Assembly (NCBI GenBank): GCA_040954595.2
Contig: CM082580.2
Coordinates: 9,836,390-9,900,389, forward strand
DNA: 64,000 nt
Origin: Balanoglossus misakiensis
Lineage: Eukaryota > Animalia > Hemichordata
Direction: 5' to 3'
Shown here: positions 56,377 through 64,000 of the stretch, piece by piece
Layout of the letters: every line of letters starts with the position of its first letter
Numbering within the stretch: the first letter of the stretch is position 1
Made by a program: the position numbers and the translations under genes
Notes under the pieces: generated by a model
The model's input: only the letters and a program-made list of their open reading frames with translations
What the model was told of the DNA's origin: nothing
Database searches by the model: none

Positions 56377-59300
56377 TTTGACAATTATTCATAAAGAATT
56401 GTCGAGTTTTATGGTGACTACATGAGCCACTTGTGCTTCAAAATTTATTTCTCATCAACATTCACATCACGACTTGAGCCAGAAGGTTCAGATGATATTT
56501 AAGGAATAAAAATGGTGAGTTTGCCGAGTCTGCAAATGTAAGGCAGGGCAACCTTCATAGGTGAGTGAGCTTGGTTTCTGCTTAGATTAAAAATTACGAC
56601 GTGTGATGTATGAAAATGCACAGCGTGTGTAGACATTCATCGTAAATTCATATTTGCACCCGAAATGTGTTTCTGTTGGGTTTATTCTCAAGCAGAGCAG
56701 AAGGCAAAAAAATTACGAGTGTGACACGTTTGCTCCACGACTTGTGGGTCATCACACTCCAGATGGCAGTTTCTAAGGCAGTGGGAAGTGCTAATGTATA
56801 GAGAGAATGCCTCGTTCCTCTCTTGGAAAACACATCAAAGACAAAAACAGTCATAAATATCATGAGTCAGACTGGCACGGTGATTTACAATGCACATAGT
56901 AAAATGAGTGGCAAGGGTATGTCCTGGCTTCAAAATTGCCGTAAAAACTTTATGTATCAGATGGTGTTTTATGAACTGAGCCATTCACATTTTCAAAATG
57001 ATGTGAAACCATTTTGTCACAGCTAGTTGGGCTCATTTTATGAGATATATATACAGTTCACATTTTAAAACACTCAAATCCCCTTCTTTCTCTTTATTTT
57101 TCAATAATGGATAACACCATATCAATGCGCACTGAGTTCTTGAATACAGATAACTGAATATTCAAATAATTAATGCAAACATGAAACCAAGATATCCTGC
57201 CCAACAAGTCTCTGGCAGATGCATACTGGGTAATGACCCAAGCTCAGGTCTCGCCAACAGAAGGAATAGCCTCACCCTTAACAAATTCGCCATAGAAAAG
57301 ATACTGTTTAGTTATACCATCGTCAGCCTTTAATGGGCATTATATTCAGAAGGTGCTGGCCGGCTGGACAGGAAAAATTTGTTCCCTGTCGTAGTGAGAT
57401 TCATCATAACATTGTGGTCTCCATAATTCTTTATTTTTTACAATATCAATAACAGAATTCAACAACCGGAATCATACATGCACGTACATGTACTCTGATC
57501 TTTCGAGTCCATGCTACATCAAAGTTGATTATAATCCACTTTTTGCACGATTTCATTACTGTCACGCATTTGCTGTCATCTTTGATGAATGGCACAACAA
57601 GCCATAGTGTCTAATTGACCAATGCAAGTTGTACAGGTGGCTCGCCACCAATTTTCCACAAATGTAATTGGATTTTCCGTAACGCGTTCCCTTTCTATTC
57701 AGCCGTAAGACACACCCAAATTGGCAGCAGTTCTACTAAATTTACAAGCATTTAACTCCAAATTACGACCTTCTGAGGTTTCACCTGTCCGATCACTTTC
57801 TTTGACTTGTACCTGGAATAAATTACCAGCAACATTTTGGGTGTTTTTTTATTCACAAATCAGAAATTTTAAATCTTTAAAAAAAATGTCTTCTTTAGGC
57901 AAATAAATACTGAATGTTAAAAGAAGAGTTCTTCTTTGAAAACACTTTCACAAATCATTTATTGATAAATTAGGCAGCACAGAATTCTTAAAATTGAGAG
58001 CTTTAATTTGAAGACAAAAATCTGTCAATTTACATTTTCAGAGTTTACAGTGATGTCCCTAAAACACAATTTTTTCCCTGCACAGTTGCAGTTAGCGATG
58101 GAGATGTGAGTAAACTGATCTTGTTAATCTGCAAACACTGCTGGCCATGAAAAAAAGCTCCCAATATTCACGGGAGTATGCAAACGAGATGGTACGAAAT
58201 AGAACACCGAGTGTTTAATTTCAGAGAGCTGACTGCTTGACACAGGGACGGTTCAGATGCAGCTAATTCAATCTCAAGAGGTCCCGTGGAGGAAAAAAAA
58301 ACAGGCCAGATTAGATCACTACTTATTATTATGGCATTGCCGTTTCGTCAGTCATAAATACATCACCATGGAAACCACGAAGGAGCCACATCTTCCAGTT
58401 CGCCGTCTGATTGGTCAATCAGCGGCGTATCTGGCCATCTCTGCTGTGTACCTCAGTGTAGGTGATGAGACGACGCAATGTAGTAATTGACGCATCTCAG
58501 GACGACTTAAGACTTATCTCGCTCTTTGTATCAGTGCCATTAAAAGGAGATCTGCCCGAAATACCCGGCCTGCATATAAGGAGCTCATTATCGCGTGAAC
58601 TTTGACCACCAACAAGGCGTCGACTCAAGTGCTGCTGAGCACCGGTTTTCCTTCAGTGATCCTCTGATAGAATTGCTCTCGCCATAAATTGCGATTTTCT
58701 GCTGATTGACTCAACCCCAAAGCACGTCGAGATTACCTTGTCACGAATATGTTCTCAAAAAAGATTATCAATTGGAGAAATTTTCCCCATGAACAGCTTT
58801 GAATTACCCGCGCTATACTTTGCGGTGCAAGGTCATAGTCGGGTCTTATGATGGCAAGCATGAGTACACCTGTTATCATTTACTTCTGTGGTAATTTCTA
58901 AATTATTTCTAATCTTGAAATTAGCGTTATACTACATCCAAGATCAAGGCCGGGGCACTTGATAATAGAATTAGTGCCTGAGATTGGACATCTTCACAAT
59001 TTCACACGTGGTCTCACAACTTAAAGTGCCAGGCGCATCAAACAGTCATGGACTTGACATTGAATTGCAGGGTTTAATTCAATTATACCTGTCATGGCAT
59101 ATAGTATGTGATGGGTGTGAAATGATAACAAGTGACTGTAGATGCTTCAGTTCATTTCAATGAAAGATTATCTACACAGCTTCTTGCTACATATCACAGA
59201 ATTACACCCCTCCACTATACTCATTTTACCACCACCCCCACCACCTCCCCCAACCCTGCAGATGAATCAGTCAATCAAAACCTTAGTCTTCACAATATGC

Positions 59301-60983
59301 TGCTCACAGACTGGCATAAATACACGATTGTGTGTTAAAGTTAATGACACCATCTCTCGTGTTTTGAGATTCGAGAAATAAAAACTCGACAGCAATAAAG
59401 CACAACCATAGACTATTACATATGAGCTGTCAACCATTCTCTTGTGTGATGATCACTACTACATAATGGTGCTTTTACTATCATTTTTGGTCATTAATAT
59501 TTTAGATTCGAATCCTCGTTGGGGGTAGGTCGTACTCTGTCATGCAAGGGTGTTTGGGAGATCCTAGAAATGGCAGAAGACCATTTAACAAAGTAACACA
59601 GAAAGTGTGATGCTCTCAAATCTGCTCAAGTGTGTAGCCCTGCATGGCATGCACACTGTGCTGTTTTGGTCCAGACCAAATTCATTCTCAATATGCTTAG
59701 TCCATTTGCACAGTGTTTGTGTGTGTGTGTTTCAAGTCTATAACATATGGTCACATAACATCCATCACTACAGACAAAAAGATGATCTAATATCTCAATG
59801 TACCCCAGCATGCAACTGCCCAGTTTTTGAAAGGTCGAAACACATGTAGTAGGTGACATATTTTTTACTGGACTGATTGATATCTAGTCACATCTCATGT
59901 TTACCAAATGCATGGTCACCACGGTTTTTAAGAGTGTGCCCTCTAAGGCAATAAGAAGCGCCTGTCATATACATTTTTCCCATGATGCAAATGGTTGGTG
60001 CTTTTTTTAAAATCCTAGGTTATTTCATAGGTCACCAGTGGGTTGGGATTCAAAGTGTTGTCATGATGGAAATTGATAGCATCTACCGACATAAAAGAGG
60101 GGCGTGGTTAATAGAAACTCAATTTCCAAAGCTGATACAGGTTGTTCTACAGTCATTGGTTGCACGGCAGGCTAGTGGTGTAATTTAACACCGAGAACAA
60201 GTGTGTTTACTGTAATTGTGGTAACATCTTTATCATCTGTGAAACGGCTCTGGTCACGGTTTTGATGGAAACACGACACCTGTAACATGAGCAGAAGCAT
60301 TCTGCAATGTCAGGTGTACAGGAACACAAGTCTGAACTGACAGAGCACTGTTTCCATAACTGAACGAGATCTTTGGTTGTTTTCAAAGGGTTATGGTTGC
60401 TCCACATACATGTATTAGCAACATCACAACTACCAGTAATGATTTCTATCGTACATCAAAATGGTTTATGAGAGAAAGGGCAATACATATTTTAATTGTC
60501 CTGCAACGGCAGAAGTTTTCATTGCGCCAGTATCCCCACACTTAAATTTGCGAATTTCTTGATCCCTGCTGGATAACAGAGTTCATGCCAACATCATGTT
60601 GAATTGCTGGGAGTGTGATTGGGCCAAGTACCTGGCCTATTTCTGTCTGAAATTGAAGAAAAAAATACTAGCAGACCTCGCCATGCCTGTAATCCAATCA
60701 GTATGAATGGTGTTTTCAAATCAGAGTAAATGTACGGGTCAGAATAACCCCTTTCTAAATCACAGCTTTCAATGGGCTCCCAAATCCATTAACAGAATAA
60801 TTTATGCAAGAGTTTTCTGAGAAGTAATTTCTGGACCCCTATAACACTAAAATTTAATACCTCGTTATTAACCACGCAGTTACAACTGGATTTTTGCCGC
60901 ATACTATTTTCACATTCAATGGAGTCCGTAACCTGGTTGACTTGTTTTGAAAGAGCGGCCAGTTTGATTAAAAATTTAGTTAC

Positions 60984-61079
60984 CTGTAGCGAGGTCTATA
61001 ATCAAATACTCTGTCTGTGTGATTTAATTTGTGTAGGCTGTTATTGAGCACAAGCAGTGACAGCCGTCGAGAGTGAATC
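60984..61079 (-). CDS. Candidate upstream or alternative IA-2 ectodomain exon (uncertain)
   Basis: Strong acceptor ttttttttgttccag| and donor CAG|gtaact; 96 nt. Only the phase 2-2 frame is open (IHSRRLSLLVLNNSLHKLNHTDRVFDYRPRYR), which is the phase needed to join exon 56259. Similarity to the IA-2 segment expected here is weak. Confidence 0.35.
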
Positions 61080-64000
61080 CTGGAACAAAAAAAATGCACA
61101 TGGAAATCTGTCTCGTGTATCCCTTTTCCCCTGTTTCCAAAACATGCTTTATTGGAAACCATGTTCAAAAAGCCCTGAGCATCCTTGCAAACAGAACAAT
61201 TGCTTGGGCCCAATTACCAACGGTCTTATATTTAAAGAAATGCCTCGGGTATGAAATGTAGGTTGTTTCGTTTTGTTTTGAAAATGGATCTTTCTCCATG
61301 AGGAAGAAACAAAATAGCCTGGAAAAAAATTGATGGTTACTATCTAAATTAGATGGAAGGAGTTGTTTTTGCATTTTTTTTTGGCTGCTACTTTCTCGTA
61401 TATTTAGAAAAGCTGACAACAAACAGACCAAAATGGCACTGTATACATATATAAATAGCCTGTTTTTCCAATAAAACCAAAAAACATTTCCTGGAAATTC
61501 TCCTTTGGTCATGATGTTATTTTTTTCTCATCCAGAACATTTGGATTCAATGTTCGGAAGCGGAAAAAGAAGAGAACTACAAATGTATTTATGAGTGAGC
61601 ATGCCTAGAGTAGTGTACACTGCAAATTCAAAAAACATCAGTCGGTTGCTATGCAACAGTCTCCCCCATCCTTAGATATATCGCAGCACCCGGAGCTACT
61701 GTTTCCTTCTCTCTCAAAAAAGGGAGGAAGGAGAATGAAGTTCATGCATCATATTACCATGGCAGTGTGGAAACTCCTGCCAATAAGATGAATGGGGGGA
61801 GTAATAATCAGCTGGGCGTGCATCGATGTATGGAAAGGAAATTAGACACTGCATGGTGGAGGCACTGTAAAGACACAGGACTCCCGTTGCTTTTGTTAAT
61901 ACACAAGCACATTTCAGACGAAGAAGAAAAAAAGTCACCAGGTCCATGACACGGAAGAGTGAGATTTCACAGAGAGATTTGTCTTGATAGCGCCGTATTA
62001 TCTGCAGAACAATCGCGAGTGTATTTATCGACTTTTCCATTTTAAGCTAATCAATTTAAACTGAGGAAGAGAGAGAGAGCGAGAGAGAGCCGTGTGGGTT
62101 GAAGAAAGACGCCTGGAATGATGGAGTATCACTCTGGGGCTGGGGATATTTAAACAGAACGGAACGAGAGCGACAAGGACTGATTGATATTGTCATCCTA
62201 TCAATTAAACTCCACCGCTTTCATTAATAGTGATTCCCCCCCCCCCTCGTTTCTCAATCGAGGGGCTGTTTCGCGATCTGCACCCCTCTCCCTCCATTGG
62301 TTGTTCTGCTGGGTAACATTTGAATGTCGATGAAATATGATTCTATAAGCGCGGCAATCAATCACCCGCAAATTGCTGCTCCAAAGATTGATGGAGACAA
62401 GAAAAAAAGAATGCGCCATCGCCATGGTAACGGGAAGGAACATCTGTTGCATCTGCTCTGCGAGACTTAATCAGTGTTTACACAAAAGGTCGGACTCTTG
62501 CTTGAACTTCCCATTTTTTTTACAGCATCGTTTCTACGTTTTAATTGAACTATGTCTGAAGTCAGAGGAATTCAGTTTGTTTTGTTCGCCAACCACGGGG
62601 GGTCATCCTGGAAAGACACGCTGGCAAACTGCCACCAGAAGAGGGGGCTATCACATAAAACTACAGCAACTAGAATTTTGCTGCAGGATGTCGACTGTGA
62701 GGAACAGAGAAAGCGGGGGCAGAAGATACGTGAGCCCTCTATGGTCAACTATGACACTTCTAGTGACCGTCGATCATTTCTCCTGAAACACACGTGTACA
62801 ATGTATGTGGTGCAGTAGTTTTCAACTGTTATCACACATGAAAACTGGTCTGCATTCACAGGATCAAGAAATTAATTTAAAGCAAAATCAGCAGGGGCTT
62901 GAAAATGAGTACCAGTGCCGGCGATTTTGAGAGCTCAACTTAAGTATCAACTGAACACTGTGTACTTTTACTGGTACCAGTCATTTTGAACTTTTACTAC
63001 AGCTACATGTACAAATGCTCTTTTGTAAACATTTCATTTAAAAGTAAATCCACAACATTCATTAGCATGACTGTCAGCACAACACCTGCAAGGTTGACGG
63101 TGAATATGTTTAATAAAACAGATTTTATCACGTTGATCTTGCCATTATCATACACGGTTACAAATAAGCATTTGGGTCTTTTTCCTGATTGAGTTGTTTT
63201 TATGGCGAAATCCAACTCACTTTGTGAGCACACGGTTAGCTTAATTACTACACTGCATTTTCTGTCAGAAGTACAAGACCACATACACTCAAGGGAAATT
63301 GTGAAGTAAAGACGTCGTCCCTGTCCACACGGCTGTTAAAATACGTCCTGTCCCTTGAGACACGGGCAGTCAATAGACTATGATCACAAGTAAATGACTT
63401 CTCCAAACAGTGGCTGGATTGAGATGCAAGTTCTTGCCCTACGATTCAAGGAGTGTGTTGAGCACACAGTGCAGTTAGTTGACACTGGCAATAACTAGGA
63501 GCCTGAGAACATTTGGATTGTACAATTTATTGCACCTGCTCTCAACTGCAATAAAAGACCAATAAAACTGCACGGAAAAAATCAAATTCACAGAATATAT
63601 TTCTGCCAAATAAGGTTTTCTTAAGAATCAATAAGAAATTTATGATCTCAAAGTCGTGTATTAAGCACAAAGCAAACAATTCAAGGGTGTTAAATTCATG
63701 AAAAAGTTTTATTTGAGAGTAATTTGTCAAAATCATTTCCTGTCTAAACTCATGACAGACTGTTTCAATGTCTACTACAACAGTAATGATACAGACAGCA
63801 AGATCAGTTCTGTACTGATCAGTACTACCTAATAATGAAAAAACAAAACATAAAAAGTCCTGTTCAATTATATAGCTTGCTTTTACACTTTCTACGTAAG
63901 GGCATACAGTATTATTTTTTAGTTCCACTGACTACATCTGCACGCCCACGTACTAGCCTGACTGCAGATGACAGAACGACATGGATCAACTCAAAAAAAC

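Noticed and set aside
58736-58830. Minus-strand donor AAG|gtaatc preceded by a frame ending ENIFVT, considered as the missing upstream exon
   Set aside because: No plausible acceptor at the expected distance and a poor peptide match.
59506-59580. B-box-like ATTCGAATCC (also GTTCGAATC near 47129 and A-box-like TAGCTAAATGG near 32742)
   Set aside because: No correctly spaced A and B box pair or cloverleaf; cannot support a tRNA or SINE call.

Overview
This is AT-rich, intron-dominated eukaryotic (invertebrate bilaterian-like) DNA, not prokaryotic. The whole window appears to lie inside one minus-strand gene, an IA-2/PTPRN-family receptor-type tyrosine phosphatase-like protein of dense-core vesicles. 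Three exons splice in frame: 56259-56180 (80 nt), 47746-47679 (68 nt) and 337-134 (204 nt). They give (R)VSEYQVSFKVNPNLKNMTASDIDGEA-A-KHKDDIKDTMGLSITSTGVGDQ-SHVQVVEHLPSHTPSYVVLTFILTGCVAGILIAVLIIYVLRKQSKQKAKLQNLTSAPPTDQPTTADYQ, i.e. the end of the SEA-like ectodomain, the transmembrane helix and the juxtamembrane segment. A fourth, weaker candidate exon lies at 61079-60984. The introns are about 47.3 kb and 8.4 kb. They contain a 5'-truncated, probably young LINE with a 9-bp target-site duplication (48148-48623), simple repeats, and a recurring set of RFX X-box-like motifs, some next to Sox or CCAAT boxes. Almost all ORFs in the supplied track are spurious. I found no CRISPR array, tRNA, rRNA or clearly novel protein-coding system; the most interesting signals concern regulation and splicing, and these are inferences.
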